Source of the DNA: Camelus ferus
Taxonomy: Eukaryota
DNA length: 64,000 nucleotides
Assembly: GCF_009834535.1 (NCBI RefSeq)
Contig: NC_045696.1
Coordinates: 122,080,001-122,144,000 of the forward strand
Direction: 5' to 3'
Shown here: positions 39,691-55,470 of the stretch, piece after piece
Layout of the letters: the number at the start of each line of letters is the position of its first letter
Numbering within the stretch: the first letter of the stretch is position 1
Notes under the pieces: model-generated
The model's input: only the letters and a program-made list of their open reading frames with translations
What the model was told of the DNA's origin: nothing
The model's database searches: none
Translations under genes and position numbers: made by a program

Positions 39691-42600
39691 CTGATATTAC
39701 AGGCTTTAAAGATAAATGTTTCACCCCATTCCATTGTTATTCCTAACAATTTAATACACAGATTTAATCAAAGTATAGAACTGATAAACCTGAGCATTTA
39801 TTTAGATCTTATGAGCAATTTCATCTTGTTTGTAGCTGCTTTGGTTTGTAGATTAATGTGTGTGTTTGTGTTCTGTGGTGATATATATTGGCCCCTAACT
39901 AGAAGGTTGTAAGAAATCGGTTCATTTGTCCTTAAAATTAGATAATTTACAGAAGCATAACATAGTTTCACCTTAATATATGTTTATTTAACACCTGCTG
40001 TGGAGGCAGGAACTGTGCTCTGTGCATGAGTAAGAGAAACTGACTTTCAGCAAGAGATGTACGTATCCTGTGCTAGGATCATGCTGTTCCTTATTTCTGA
40101 CTCATAAGCCCCTCCTCTTAAAAATTCTTCTTTCATCCTTATCCTCTGATCAGGTTTCTCCCTCTCTTTCTGAACCATTTCTTCACATTCTAAATATTCC
40201 TAATGGACTCATTCATTTTTTCATTGAACAAATATTTATTGAATGCAGGCCATGCCCCAGGCACTGTTCTTGGTGTTAATGATACCCTGCTGAACCGAAC
40301 TTCCTCGTGGATGTCCATTCAGTCACTCCCTTTGTGTACCTTTCTCTCCAGCCATCATTAAAAGTGCAACTGGCTATTCAGCATTTTTCTTCTCTTTTGT
40401 TACAGGTGTGTCTTGTTGCTTGGGACCTTGCAGATTTCTTCCCACCTAAGCTTGGATGCCCTTCCCTTGCTTCTTAGGAGATTCTGTTTCAGAAACTTGG
40501 CCTCATAAAAGTTTCCACCTTTGAATGCTGTAGTTTTAATTAACTGGAATTATTTTCATTTATTTTCATTCTTTAATATTGTTCTGTCTCTTTAAAATCT
40601 AATGTGGATTAATACTGTCATAAGGGTGGTCCCCTATCAACATACTAATAACTAAAAGAAATTCAGGTTAGCTACAGGTGGAGCTCCATGTGGGTCTTAG
40701 ATCAGAGATTAAAAATGGTGGTTATTTTCACTCAGGGTCTCCTCCCAGGCTTTTCTCTTTGGTGTTTGCTCTCCTTTTAACCCCTGCTGTTTTGAGTCTT
40801 GCTGTCTCCCAGTCTCAGATCTGTTCAAGGAACGTTTCTCTCTAGAATCAGTGCTAATCTCTACTAGTGTTATGGTCTCTACTTATTATAGTTTCTTGCT
40901 AGAACATAGTAACTTGGCTGGAATGAGAAAGCTACTTCATTTTTTAGTAAACTGTTTAATTACCAACAACATTTTAATGAACTTTTTTTAAAGTTTCAAA
41001 AATATTCTCATAGTAAAAAAGATCCACATAGTTCGGAATAATGTAAAAAAGTGAAGGTACGACCCTACCCGCATACTTTCTACAAATTGCCTTTTGTAAT
41101 ATTTGGAAGCAATTTAGAATATTATTTTGAAATTGAACTCCAAATAATGATTTTGAAGATAATTTTGAATTAAATATAAGTTTATCATTAAAATACCTGA
41201 TACTGCAACATGTGACACATTCTTGGGCTAAAATATTGTAGCTGATTTTCAGTTTAATTGATTACAGATTATGTAATATGGTAGACATAGAGCAAACCGT
41301 ATGGCATTGCTGTTCTGTAGGCCAATGGAGGTCTGATACTAGCAATTTCATTTAGTTCAACCTAACACTTTCTTATCATCAGCTCTGTTACAGGATCAAC
41401 TGAATCCTTTTTCTCATTAACATTTGGATAAAAAGGGAAGATGGAAACTTTAGAAAGAATAAAAACCATGATGATTTGCTTAATTATAAAATCAGGTTGG
41501 CAAGAGAGTCCCACATTATTTGACTTTTTGGAGTCTTACTCTAGGAGAGGAATGGATGAGTGAGCGCCTTAAATGCTTTCTGGCATTGTGGGAGGAAACA
41601 GAACTTGAGTCTCTTTGTGGATTTCACACACAGCAGTTCAGCTGAGAAAGGAGGCAGTGAGCCTGTGGCAGACGTGCCCAGACACAGACCATAAGTCGTG
41701 AGGCCTCAGCGCTAGAAGCGTAATCTTCTTTCACATCACCAGACAGATGGTAACGTTACTAAGTAGTTCTAATAGATGGTGGAGTAAATAGCCTTAAAAA
41801 AATCTCACAAGTGAGAATCATAGTTATTGCTAGTTAATCCATATTTAGATTACTTACAGCAAATTTTAAAAGGAACGTCAGATTCTTTATCACCTACCAT
41901 ACCACCCTTACACATCGAGGTGTGTATTAGTCTTTAAAAACAAAAAACCCAAACAAACCAAAACCCACAAACCCCAAAATCTTACCTAGGAAGGTAAATG
42001 TATGGGGGGAGGTGGCTATAGTGTATTGTGTAGTCAGAATATAGCTTATTTATGGGTTATCTGTTAGTTGCGTTAGTTGGAAAATAGCTTTCTTTTATTA
42101 AGGTGAGCCATTAAATTTTTTTAAAAATGCTGTTCAAAGCAGCATTGGCATGATCTGGAGGTTGTGGAGATTCTCAAGCCCTACCCTAGATCTATGGAAT
42201 CAGAATCTGCAGGGTTTTTTGGTTTAGTTTTAAGAATCTGCAGTTTTCACAAGATACAAAGGCAATTTGTAAGCATGTTAAAGTTTGAGACACACTGTTA
42301 CAGATCGTGCGTGGCACTGTTACCCCCACAAAACAATGCTGTAGTTAGTGCAACCTCAGTGAGTGCTTGTTGATTTTAATGCATGTAATTGGCTGGATCT
42401 GGATTCAGAAAATGAAACTAGTATTTTAGGAGTATAGTTATATAATAGTAATAATCAAGAAGCAGCTATCCATTTCTTCGTAATTCTTTCCTAGCTGTCT
42501 GGATATCACAAAATACCCATCTGTCCCTCTGAATGTATCCTTGAGTCTGATTCTTTTCACGCTGGATGATTAGTTGCTGTCTTGTGACTGTGTGTGTGTG

Positions 42601-45026
42601 TATACATACACAAGTCAACAATAGTACACAAATTAAAGGAATAATTAGATTTTGATGAGTCAAGGATATGTAGTCTATATTGTAATGTATGAAATAACTA
42701 AAAATAATAAAGTAGTTTGCATGCAAGTAGGGGTATAAAAAGATTAATCCAGCAGAAGGTAAGAAAGGAGCATAAAACAGTTGGAATCAGTAGAAGGGTT
42801 ACTAGTGTTCATACATGAATTAAACCCATAGATAACTGTTTATAAGAGGTAAACCTAAAGTATAAGGAAATGGAACATTTGAAAGTGAAAGGATGGACAA
42901 AACACATACGTGCAAAGATGAAGGGTAGGCTTGGTGTGGTTATTAGTATATATTAGTATAGTAGAGCACTATTGGAGACAGAGGGACAATTTATAATGAT
43001 GAAAGATTTTATTCATCAGGAAGGTATGTATTACAGCTTTAAACTTATGTAATCCAGTAACATAACTGTTTTAAATGGGAGATTTTTAATACACCTCTCT
43101 TGCTGATAGCAAGGATGAGTGCAGAAATAGAAGATACATATAAAAGAATATATATACTTAATAAAATTAATAAGCTTTTGATTTATTAATGAGACTGATC
43201 ACAATCACATAATTGAATTAACTGAATGTATTTTAAATTCTGATTAATGAATTGTTTAGACAAGTTACCCCATTTGCCATGAAGATGTGGTCCTTTTACG
43301 TGTTCAGCAGACGTTTATCAGTCATACACTCTGGGTCAGTTAAGGGCCTCATGCTGTGAAGGAGGGGACAGAGGCCGAGGTCTAAAAGCAGAGCTAACGC
43401 AGGTGATGTGCACGTGTAAGCAGGGGTGAAGACTTGAGATTTGCACTTTAGAAAGGCCACTGTAGCCATCTCACTGAAGAAATACAGAATTGCAGGTGGG
43501 CAAGGTAAAGACAGAGCGAGCTGTTAGGGATCTGCTCCAGTTGTCTGCGTGCGGCATGGGGTGACGGAGGCGAGAAGGAGAGGTGGTATCCGAGTGTTCT
43601 GCAGGAGGTGGGATCAGCAAGGCGGGGCTGTTACTTGCGTGAGGTGGTCTGTGGGCGAAAAGAACTCCCCTGTGACTCCCAGAGCCTTGATTCTGATTGC
43701 CTCGGTGGGAGACAGTGGCAGTTCGCTGTGGGAGAATATAGAAGTGGAACTTCTATTTTGGGGGGAGTTGAGCTTTGTTGTCTTCAGTTTGCAGAATCCT
43801 GTGCAACATTCAGTTAGAGGTTGTATGCTGCACAAGAAGGGCGCTCGTCTCTTCATCGTGACTGAACTGTCAGTGCGGTGACTGCAGCAGATGTTAAGCT
43901 GGCTATCACTGCCAGAGCTGTTCTCAGTACTTTACACGTATTAAAGCACTTAACCTTCAGCCACAGCTGTTTGAGGTACATATTATTATCATTATCAGGA
44001 CATTCGGTGTGCAAGGCCACCCAGCTGGTGGAGTGTGGAGCTGAAATTCCAAACTGCAGCAGCCTGGCTAACAGTCTGTGCTCTTCACTTTTCCACCAGT
44101 GCTGGTGTGTGTTTGAAACAAGTCGGCTTGAGAAAAAGTACCATGGTGCTGACCAGTGTGGTGAGAGTTCGCTGGTTTACTTAAAAAAAAAAAGCAACAA
44201 ACAGGTATTCTGGGCCAGTGTTGGTTGACCAGGGTTTTATGCTTTGCCTTCTGGCTTTAGTTTGTGATTGAAAGTTTTGTTGACTGTAAGAAGAAAAGTC
44301 CTTTCTCTCTTAAGGAAAAAGTAACTTTTGTTAGTTAGCTAGCAAGTAATTTTATGGACCAAAATGTTAATTTTCCATGTCTACCAGTGAAATATCATGA
44401 CCATGGTCTCAGCCTACCTGCAAAATCGTTATTGATTGTTCATTTTGTGGCAGGCTTGCCTGCTCTAGGTTCTCTTGGGACTGTGTAAGAAGCGTCCAGA
44501 GGAATACAGCAGCCTGTGAATTTGTTTCCATGTATTGTGTGCTCAGCCTTTAATTACCTGTATCAGTGGCGAGCACCATTAGGACGAATTTCTCACCTGC
44601 TTTGGAGGATGCCAGGGGGGATTGATTGCCGTACACCTGGCAGGTGCAAAGCAGAGCCTCAGCAGTGTTCCTTTGAATTCATTTCTAAATAGCTGCCCCA
44701 CTGGACAGGCCTGATGCGGGCATTCAGAGATTACTTTCGCAATTTACGGTTCTCGAACTGATGAAAATCTCGTATGTGAAAATGAGTATTAAAGGTTGTT
44801 TCCATTGCTTTACAAAAAGATGTGTTTTAAGATTTTCTCTTAAACCAGATTTATATATACTCATTTTAATCACTACTGGATTCTATACCATTTAACGTAC
44901 AACAGTTGTGTTGAGTATTATATCCTTGTTGGTAGTATTAAAGGTTTTTAATATAATTGAACATCCTAAAGTTCTTAATTTAAGGAGCTATCAAATAGGT
45001 CAGAAGGTACAAACATTAGGATATGA

Positions 45027-45311
<285 letters not shown>

Positions 45312-48300
45312 TAAAATGGTGTAATAGAAAACAGTCAAATTCCTTAATGGTTTTCAGTTTTACATGTCACATGGGACTTCAGATTAACAAAATATGATGT
45401 TAAGAAGTTTGCATTAAAATTTTTGTTGGTTTTTTCTCCTTCCCCTGTGTTTTTCACTTTAATTAAAAAACACATAAACATAAACACATTCTCTCATTTT
45501 GCAATAAGGGGGGAAGTTATTTCTAAAGAATATTAGTTACAGAAACTGAAAGCTTATTTTTAGGGAAAGATGGTTAAGTAGAAAAATATAAGTTACAGGA
45601 AAACAAGTCAGATTCCATTATAGCAAACTTATGGAGCTGACTTTATGCTGTTATAAACTACTTTATACACATACCTACAATTAAATGTGAAACTCCTTAA
45701 AATTAACTAAAATTAGTTATGCTGCTCATTCTAATATTCAGACTAGAGATTCAGTAATTTTTCATAAGAATAGTATAAAGTGAATAAATGCTGAACCCTC
45801 TTGACATACATACATATAAGCATGTGTGTATGTATTTTTAATATCTTCCTGAATTAACTGCATCTACTATGTTGATTTTTGGTTTGGGAAGAATTTTTTT
45901 ACTAGCTATAGTTGTGGTAGTTTCTTTCCCCCTGAGGAGTAGTGTGATGAGCACTGAAAGTGGCTGTTTTTCCATGTACTTAGGAATTTGGTTTGCCACT
46001 GTTTATTTAGGTCTTTTAATATGATCAAAAACTTGGAAAATTTCAGAGTATTTCTTTTACTGGATTATTTGAGGGAAATTAATTTTTCCTAACTTAATAT
46101 GTGGTTTTAATAAGCTATTGGCTACAATTAAGTAACGCCATTATTTGAGGACACCCTTGTATGTATTAAAATAAAATATTGTCAATAGTTGACCTGATTC
46201 TACATTTATAAAATGTATTACAGCATGTAAATAACATTCACAATAAAATAGTAAGATAAATTATGGCAGGACTTAAGAATTCTTTTATGCAGTAAATTGA
46301 GGAATTGTATGTTTGAGAATTAGAGTAGTTGGTCAAAACTGGAAAGTGTGTGTGTACCAGAAGAAAATTCTCTGGACTTCCACACAGTAGTAATAGCATA
46401 ATGATCCATTTGCATTGTACTTGTAAGAAGCAAAGTATGTTTGGATGCATTTTCCCACTTGTTCAGAAGCAGCCTATCAGGCAGGCCACCTGTTTTTAAT
46501 CTGTTTTGCAGCTGAAGGGACTGAGCTCCCATTTGTGATCTCTCCAAGTTTGTAGGCAGTAGACTCTGGGGTCCAGCCCAGGCTTCTTTCTTTTTAGATA
46601 CAGTGTCTTTCCGCTCTAACACCTGGCATGTGCAGAGGACTAGGAAAAAACTCAGTCCTTTAAAGTTATTTTTATGGTTGTATTATTGTAGTAGATAATC
46701 TAGTTAGCTAGCAAAGCACCTATTTTTAGATACAACTAACATCTTATTTGTGGATTATTTTCAAATAAGAGATAAGTTAATTTAGTATCCATTTTAAGCT
46801 GTAAAATATTTTTAGATTCATATTGTGTGAAAAAAAGTCTTTAAGTAATAATATTCAGCCAGATATTTTTGCCAAACTCCAGAAGTTTCTGAACCTAAGG
46901 CAGTCAGATTAAAAGCTTTCTTATAACTGAAGTGTAAAACACTGAAACTGTGTGCTGATGTGGCCTGGTCTACCAGACGTGGGTTCCAGATCCTGACTCA
47001 TGATCTGGTTGTGTGACTTGAGTCAGGCCACATGGACCCTTCTCTCTGTTCCTTGAATGTAAGATTGGACTAGACTCGACATCCCCCCCCACCCAAGTGC
47101 CTTCTAGCTCTAAACTTTGGTAATTTCATTATTTGATTTCCATTGTTACTTGTTAATCATCCTATCAGTGTCTTTTCAATAAGATTTATTGTACAAGAAA
47201 ATTGAAATGAGCTTACTTTAACATTTCATTTCTGGTAATTAATCTTTCTAATATGAGTGTGTTTCACATAAATTTAAACACAGTTTTGTTCAAAAGATAA
47301 ATGTAGTAAAAGTGTAGAAAACTGTGGTTACTGTTTGGAATGCTGAGCCTGTTTGGGCTATTACAGTTTTCACGGCACCTTTCATGGTTCTTAAACTGTG
47401 TGTTCTGCATGTGTGTTATGTATGCTGTTCAGCTTTATTAATAGGTCTCAAGATAGCAAGAATGGCAGGATATAGTGTTTCTTACTCTTTACTATGTATG
47501 AAAATATGAGGTAAATGTAAATAAAATGGATGGAATAGGTATTATTAAACTAGAAAACAATTTTTTAATGAAGTCCTGTCACTTACACTATGGAATCTTT
47601 TCAGGAAAAAAAGGTTGTTTTAGCTCTTGTAACTGATCTAAGCAGGAGGTGAGAACTACTGCTTTTTTTTTTTTTTTTTTTTTTTTTGGTCTTTGTGATC
47701 TGTGTCTTCACACAGAAAGGTCAGGAGATTTAGAGCCTTGGGGGTGTGGCTGTTTTTGGCTCCCAGAGCCAGATAGCTGAGGCAGCAGGAGAATTATCTC
47801 AGCAGCAATCCCTTTTGCAGCAGGGACGTTGAGCAGCAGTGTGGAGGGGAGCTCGCTACCTGCAGCAGCTTGGTGAGCTCCTGGGTCCTCTGAACCACTG
47901 GTTTTTTTCACCCAGCTGGAGAAGGGAAGAAGGGAGCTTGTTACATTACATTTTCCTGACTTTGTGACTGTGGAAGTTGGAAGTGGACAAAACATCAGAT
48001 GCTTAGGGCTGGTCTGAGTTTGAGTATAAATTTGTAACAGTGTATTTGGAAAAATTATTTTCTAATTCTGGATTTGTGATTATGGCATGACAGTAGTGAA
48101 AAACAGAAAATTTGGTTACCTAACATGAAATCACAATGAAAGTTAGTGAAGAAAGTGTTGTTTAGTTTGTAGGAATTAATTTGTTCTTCCCATGTGTTTT
48201 GAGCATCTACTCTGTACAAGGCACTATTGGAAGCACTGAAGTACAGTCTGATCCAAAGGCCAATTTTTTTATGGATGGAATGCATCTGGTTTATATATAC

Positions 48301-51165
48301 ATATGTTCCTGAAATAGTAACTTCTGTTGCCAAAAGTCTGTAAGCAAAGTAAGATATTTAGAATTAGCTAGTCAACTCAGCCTTGTAGCCAGGTTTGGCC
48401 AGTTGTGAAAATGTTAGCAGTGTCATGACATGCCAAGTGCATAATGCACACTTACACACTGTGTGCATAAAAGTGTGGTAGTCAGAATTACTTTTATAGC
48501 CAATTTCAGGTCTGTGCAGTACATTAAAAAATCTTTTTTTGATTGTGTGATTTTGGTGTTTTAAGTGAGCATAGTTACTCCTGGAAATAATGTAGTCATT
48601 GGTTCTTTTTTCCAGTGTTTGAAATACCAGTGGAGTTGTAAGTGGGCAGGTTGAAAACTTAAACATACTTATACTTTTGGACATAACTAATTTTAATAAA
48701 TGCATATGTTTATTTTATTGGTATATATTATGCATGGCTCAATTATTTTGCCCAACAAATAGCCTAAAAATGATTCCCCAAGAAGCTAGAATAGACTCCT
48801 AAAATTAACAGGGAGCCCCTGGCCCAGTGCTGTGATTCAGAGCATGGGGTTGGGCGTGAGACTGCCTTAGTTCTCTTCTCATCTGTATTATTTTACTGGC
48901 TCTAGGACCTTGGTCAAGTAACATTACCTCAGGAACACAGGTTTCTCATTTGTAAAATGGTGACAGGAACATTACTTATTTTTAGTGAGATTGTTGAGAA
49001 GATTACATGAAAGATGTAAAAATATGCATGCCCAAAATACAGTGTATAGCAAACACTTGCTGCTACAGTTATTATTTTATTGTTAACTACTTAAGTAATT
49101 CATTCATTTCTAATGGTAGTTATACCTTCTGTCAACTCTTACTACACTGGTTCAGATTTTGTGAAACCTCACAGTGAGGCTGCACTCCAGTAGTCCAAGA
49201 AGGGTCTTGCCAAGAACATTACCTGCTTGAAAACAATGCCAGTGCTTAAAAAATAAGAAAGGAAATAGATTAGGAGAAACCTGTTTCATTACCTTAAATG
49301 CTTACAGCTTCATTCACATGAAAATAATTGACATGCTTATACTGATATTGGCTATTCCTTCAGTCTCCAAGGACTGATATGAGAGCCAAATACTCTGTGA
49401 ACCTAGTTGTACCTGTTTATATTTAAAAAAATAAAACAATATGTAATTTAAAAATTAATTCAGATTATCTTATTAAGTCTTACTATATTTTCAGACAAAT
49501 AGTTATAATCGCTGTTTTTCCCCTTAAACCTTATTTGGAACTTTGAGAAGGAGAGATCATGGGAAAAGATAATTATTAACTGAATACAGTAATTCAGTGA
49601 ATTTGCTATCTGGGTAACAACTTTTAGAATTTGAGTGTAGATGCAAAGGAAACTAATGTTAAGATCAGTTTGCTCACTGCTGCGATCACTCCATCTTCTC
49701 ATGCTGCCGGGATGATGATTCTTTTCTTTTGTGTCCATTGTTACCTCTACCCTTCTCTCTTCTTTTTTGTTAGTAGTGTGAGTTAACTTGGTTAATTTTC
49801 CCAAGATTCCAGACATTTCTGTGAGGCCTTAGTGTGATGTGTTTGCTTTCTCTCTGCCCCTCAAATTGACCAGAGTGTCCTTTGAAAGGGGCTGCATCAG
49901 GGGATCCTGGCTCAGTAGATTTTGCTGGTATAAATGTCTGTAAGAGAGCTAGACAGGAATCCAAGGATGGCTAGTGGTAGGGACTGTAGGTACCTTGATG
50001 CAATTAATTGGTTGTGAGGATCAGGATCTCTTGGTTGCAAGAAGCCCCACTGGGATCCCCTCTACTGAGGCTTGCCACGTGGCAGAGTCAGGTGGGAACA
50101 ACAACCCAGCATCATTAGCATGCTAGTTGCAGCGTCCCTGGGTGTGCTTGTGTATGGAGGACATTCGTGTTCCTGCTCCAGCCCCCGTCTAGCAGGAAGC
50201 TCACAGTTGTACCCTGACTGCTTACTGGTTGATGAAAGACGTGGTTTAGCGTTGCGCTGGGAGTATGGCTGAAATGGGTTTTTTGAAAGAAAGTTTCATT
50301 AGCTTTAAGGTGTCCTCTGGAACTTATTTGTGGTCAGCTCTTAGTGTAATCAGAAGTAGAGATACTGGTATTATGGATTCATTTGTTTATTCAACAGATA
50401 TTTATTAAAGAACCTACTGTGTTCCAGGCACTGTTGTAGGCAAAGGTAATACAACATTGAACAAAATCCCTGTGCCACATGGAGTTTTCTTTGTAGTGGA
50501 AGGAGAACAAACCAAAACCAGTAAATGAGCAAATGTATACTAGCATGTCAGGTGGTGATAACTCAGCAGGGCGGGGGCCAAGGGAACGTGGAGGGTGAGC
50601 TCAGATGCGTCAGGTGGAGAGCATGCTTTGCTCAATTATGTTACAGAAGTGAGTGCAGATTTCAGCCTTGCTTACATTATAGGCAGATGCTTGTTGGAGG
50701 GCAGGCTCTGGGGGTGTTGGGAGCTGCACTTCTGCAGCACCAAACTCCATCTCTGCCCTGTGACCAGCTTGCTTCATGGTGCCAGCTGGGTCCTAAAATC
50801 TTGTCTTAGGAGGCTGGAAGATGAGTTAGTCTTTGTCTGCTCTGAGTCAGGTCAGGCTTAGGGATAATTCAGAAGTTTTTCCTTGGCTAATTGTATGGTG
50901 GAGAAGCCCTCTTGGGCAGCATATCATGCATGTCTCCTGAACCAGGGGTATGTCTATAATGCTGCTGTTTAATTTGGGGAACAGAACTGAAGCCTTGGGC
51001 AGCTGGGCATATTATCTTCTTGTTTCATTATTTTTCCAGTGGTTGTCTTCATTGGATTCCAGTTAAAAGAGATAACTGAAACTTCTAATGTAGATGTCTT
51101 TTTTTTCCATAATACATATACACAGGTTACAAAAGAGGAAGTTCATGTCAGTACAATATAGTTAA

Positions 51166-51357
<192 letters not shown>

Positions 51358-53150
51358 TAGGGGAAAGAAGTTATTTTGTGATGTATTTAAACATACTAAA
51401 TTTTTTACTCCCAATGATTTGTCATATTGATGACTATTATGAAGACTGGTAAGTTAATGATTTATGGATAGTACAATTACATAAAAGAAAAAAGGCATAT
51501 TAACAGGGACTACAGAAAATTAAGATAATTATGGATAACTTTTCTTCTTTTTCAAAATGTTTAATATAGGCTGAGTTATCACTTCTATAATAACTCCTCT
51601 TCAAAACAAGAAAGGGGAAGGGAGGGAATAATGACACTGGAAAAGACTGAATATGTTAGAATTTTGCTTGAATTTTTGTTTATCTGTTTCCCTATTGCCG
51701 TGGATGTCAGGAAGCTCTGAGATGTATTCAGTACCCAGGTAACAGGCATCTGGCCTAGTTTATCTATATAATTTTCTTTTTAAATTGATATGTGTTCTTT
51801 TATCTGTATCTTTTCATTGTAAGATATCCAAAAGCCTTTTTGGTGGAAGTAAGTATGATAAAAAAAATACACTTTGAATAACTCATCTTCCAACTTGACT
51901 CTTTGCATCCAAAAATTATTTTTCTGGTGTTGTCTTAGACCTCTGGCATGATTGTTACTTGCTTCTAACTGCAACTCTAGCTCTGTAATTAATTATTAAA
52001 TGAGCTTTTCTGGAGAAGAGTGCTTGTGCTTTCTTTCCTTTTCCTGGGGGCACTACATCCTTTCACACTGAAGGCTTATCTTCTACCAGTGTTAGAGCCA
52101 CTTATCTAAAAAGATGTTCTTATGTGTGTATAAATTTTATAATAGTTAGATGCCATTTAATCCCAGTATTTATGTTACTGTGGCATTGTGGCAAGATAAA
52201 ATTGGAATGAACTCAATGAGGAACATTTCTAAATTGGATTTTGTACATAATTAATGTGTTATAAAAGATGTGCCAAGCCAGCTTTTGGTTATCTGAAAAT
52301 ATCTGATAAAATAGTTAACACTTTATTAATGTCAGTTTGTTAATATCTGATAAATAGTTAAACTGTTAACAGTAACTCTGTTGAAGCTTGTTTTCAACTG
52401 TTTTGCCACCTTGTAAACTAGAATTTTTGTGATGTTGCTCCTTGCAGTGTAATTTATAACTTCCTCAGTTAGTTACCAATCACTTGGACTATTGCCTAGT
52501 CCAACTATTATTTTTAACTAGTCTTAGAAACTATAAGAAAAACAGATATAAGGAAAATAACTCATTTTGTGATCAACCACAAGGTTCATGGCCTTTAGTG
52601 GGTGCGGGATAGGTAGGGAGCATATCTGTTTTTCATTAATGTGTTGTTATAGGCTTAAAAACTGGGCATGTCTCAGAGGCCCCTTTTATATTAGTAAAAC
52701 ATCAGTTCATATACATTTAAACTTTCATTTTTAAACTCTTTTGCCTTAGGATCAAATATAAAATTGGGATGGACTAGAAGGGGGCATGAAGGAACTTGAA
52801 TATAAGGAGGACAAAAATGTCATTTATATTGTTTGGCATTTGTTGATTGCATCAACATGAGCAATTTTCCAAAATACCTCATATGATACACTCTTGAGAT
52901 CTATGCCATTTCACTGTATATAAATTATATCTTGGTTTAAAAAAATAAATGTAGATCAGGTCCTGTTACTCTTCTTGAATGGGAGGCATTGCTCCAGTCA
53001 CTTAACATCTATTTACAAAATGTATAAACTGTATAATTCTAAAGGGAATTTTACTGCAGAAATTTTCTCTGGTTATATATTAGTGTTATTCTGTAATTCA
53101 AATAGCAACTATAGAAAATTCTTTATTTCATTTGTGTGTGTGTGTGTTAA

Positions 53151-53336
<186 letters not shown>

Positions 53337-55309
53337 GTAATTTAATGGAAAATGCTGAATTTTATAGTTAGAACGTATTAGTGAATCATGTTGTTACATC
53401 TTTTTCTCAATAGTACACTTTTAATGTTTGTAAATAGATCTCAGCAACGGACAGGTTAAGTATTTGGATTGTCGTTGTTCTGTGAAGGTACTAATACTGC
53501 ATCAGCTCTAGAAACTCCATTAGCATTTTTTTGTGGTTTTTTTGTTTTTTGGTTTTTTTGAACTTATTGAACTTAACCAGGTAGCTACTTTACTAAGTGG
53601 TTGATTTTAATCACTGATAGGTAGTATTGCCTCTTCACACGGGCTTTGGTGTCTGTGGGTGGTTCTTCATTATGTATGTTAGAGATAATTGCGTTCCTGT
53701 CTGATATTCCTCTTCAAAGAGAAAAACACTTACCATCTTCAGCCAGCACAGCAGGTGCCCTCTCACTTTTTCAGAGGCTTGGATGCCAGGGGCTGTGCCT
53801 TGACTTTGTCTCTTGGCTCCTCTTCTAACTCTGCCAGGCCTCTGAGTGGGCAGACAGTCTCCAGGATGTCCTTCTCAGGCCCCACAGCACCAGCATGGCT
53901 AAGGCTGTGACTGGTGGAGTTCTGATGGGCAGAACCACTCACTTGGGCAGCACAGCTGCTTAGGAAAGTGAGGAAGGAACTCCAGGGGACCTGGTTTTTT
54001 CACTTCCTTCCTGGCCTCTTCTCTCTACCCATGAATCTCCTCTCCTCACTTGCCCATCCTGCCCAATACAGAGGACAAAACCCTAACTGCATCAGTGTCT
54101 TACATCAGTGTCTTGCATCAGCTGAGCCCAGACTTAGCTGTCAGTCCTTCCTCCTTGCACTTCATGAAGCTTTTCTTGGGCTGTGGCTTCCCAAGCTGTT
54201 CCCACTCCTAAATCCCCCATCTCATTGGGTTGCCGCAGAGCTGTTTTATTTGAGATATGGTTTCCTGTTCATCCCATTCTCCATTGCCTTGCAACTTTTC
54301 TGCAGTGAAGCAGTTATTAATTTGCAATCCAAATACTTTTGACTTTTTGACAATTTTGGGGGTTGTTTTTGTTTTTTTCTTAAACTGTGGAACCTACATG
54401 TTCTTACTTATCTGTTCCTGCCTTGTGAGAAACAAAATATGCCTCTATCACCCTGTGAGGAAAGGTTTTCCTGTATGAATCTGATTGTGTTTAGGACAGA
54501 AAGAATACTGTAAGACACTAGCAGCCACAGGCTGAGACCAGGACACATCTAAGCGGTGAAACCTGAAGGAGATACAAACAAGGTTGTTAGCAGAGCTCTG
54601 CAGTTCTGGGGTGTCTCTGCCAGGCCCTGATGTCATGTGTACAGTATGCCTGCTCCTTTCCATGATGTCAAGGAATTTTTGTAATTATACATAATTCAGG
54701 GCCTTTTCCCTTGATTCTAACCTCTTTCTTCTGAGGCAGGGGTTTCTCAGTGTTATGGGAGCCCTTCTGTATCAAAATATTACTTCTTGTCAGAAGCAAC
54801 TTCTACTTCTCTGTCAGAGCCTCTTAAGGAACGGTGTTTCTGAGGCCTACCACTTACATAAGTAAGGCTGTGAATGCGCTGGGTGGAGTGATTTCTGTCT
54901 CCACCCTCAAAATCACACCGACACTCTGGCAGTTGCCTCCAGCAGGGCGTCGTCTGACTTCTGTGATGCCCACTGTGCAAGTCATGGCCATGCGGCTTGC
55001 TTTTTAAACTTAGTTTTCCCTGACACTTACTCTTCAAGCTCACAGTGATCCTCCCCCTCCCCTTTGCCTTTTCTCATACTCTGATTTCTAAGAGAACGCT
55101 ACATCATATACTTGTGAAAATACAGGCCTGTTTGACATCAGGATTCATTTTCCCAGATGAGACTGATGGACACCTTTCTCCTAGGCTGAAGTGTGTTCAG
55201 GGTCAGGGCCTCTCACTCGCCAAATAAATTCTTCCTTATTGACTTTGTCAGGCTTTCTCTAAATTCTCTGCCAGGTCCTTGTCAAATAAGCAGCTCCTTC
55301 ATTTCTTAG

Positions 55310-55470
55310 GCCAGTGGTTATCAGTCCTGATTGCACATTGAAAATTTCCAGGGAGCTTTGGGGATGGGGGCTTGGGGGGGAAGGACTGATGCCTAAGCTC
55401 CAGACTAATGAACTAAGAATCTCTGACTGAATTCTGGACATCGGCATTCTTGAAAACTGCCTATTGAATG
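55310..55470. mobile_element. MER5A-like hAT MITE (similar fragments at about 31610-31750 and 42140-42300)
   Basis: CAGTGGTTATCA..TTGCACATTGAAA..GGGAGCTTT..CTGATGCCTA..CCAGAC..AGAATCTCTG..GGCATT. Confidence 0.55.

Noticed and set aside
44594..44646. E-box cluster CACCTG..CACCTG-G-CAGGTG upstream of the DYRK1A exon
   Set aside because: Short motifs like these occur by chance; a regulatory call needs conservation or chromatin data.
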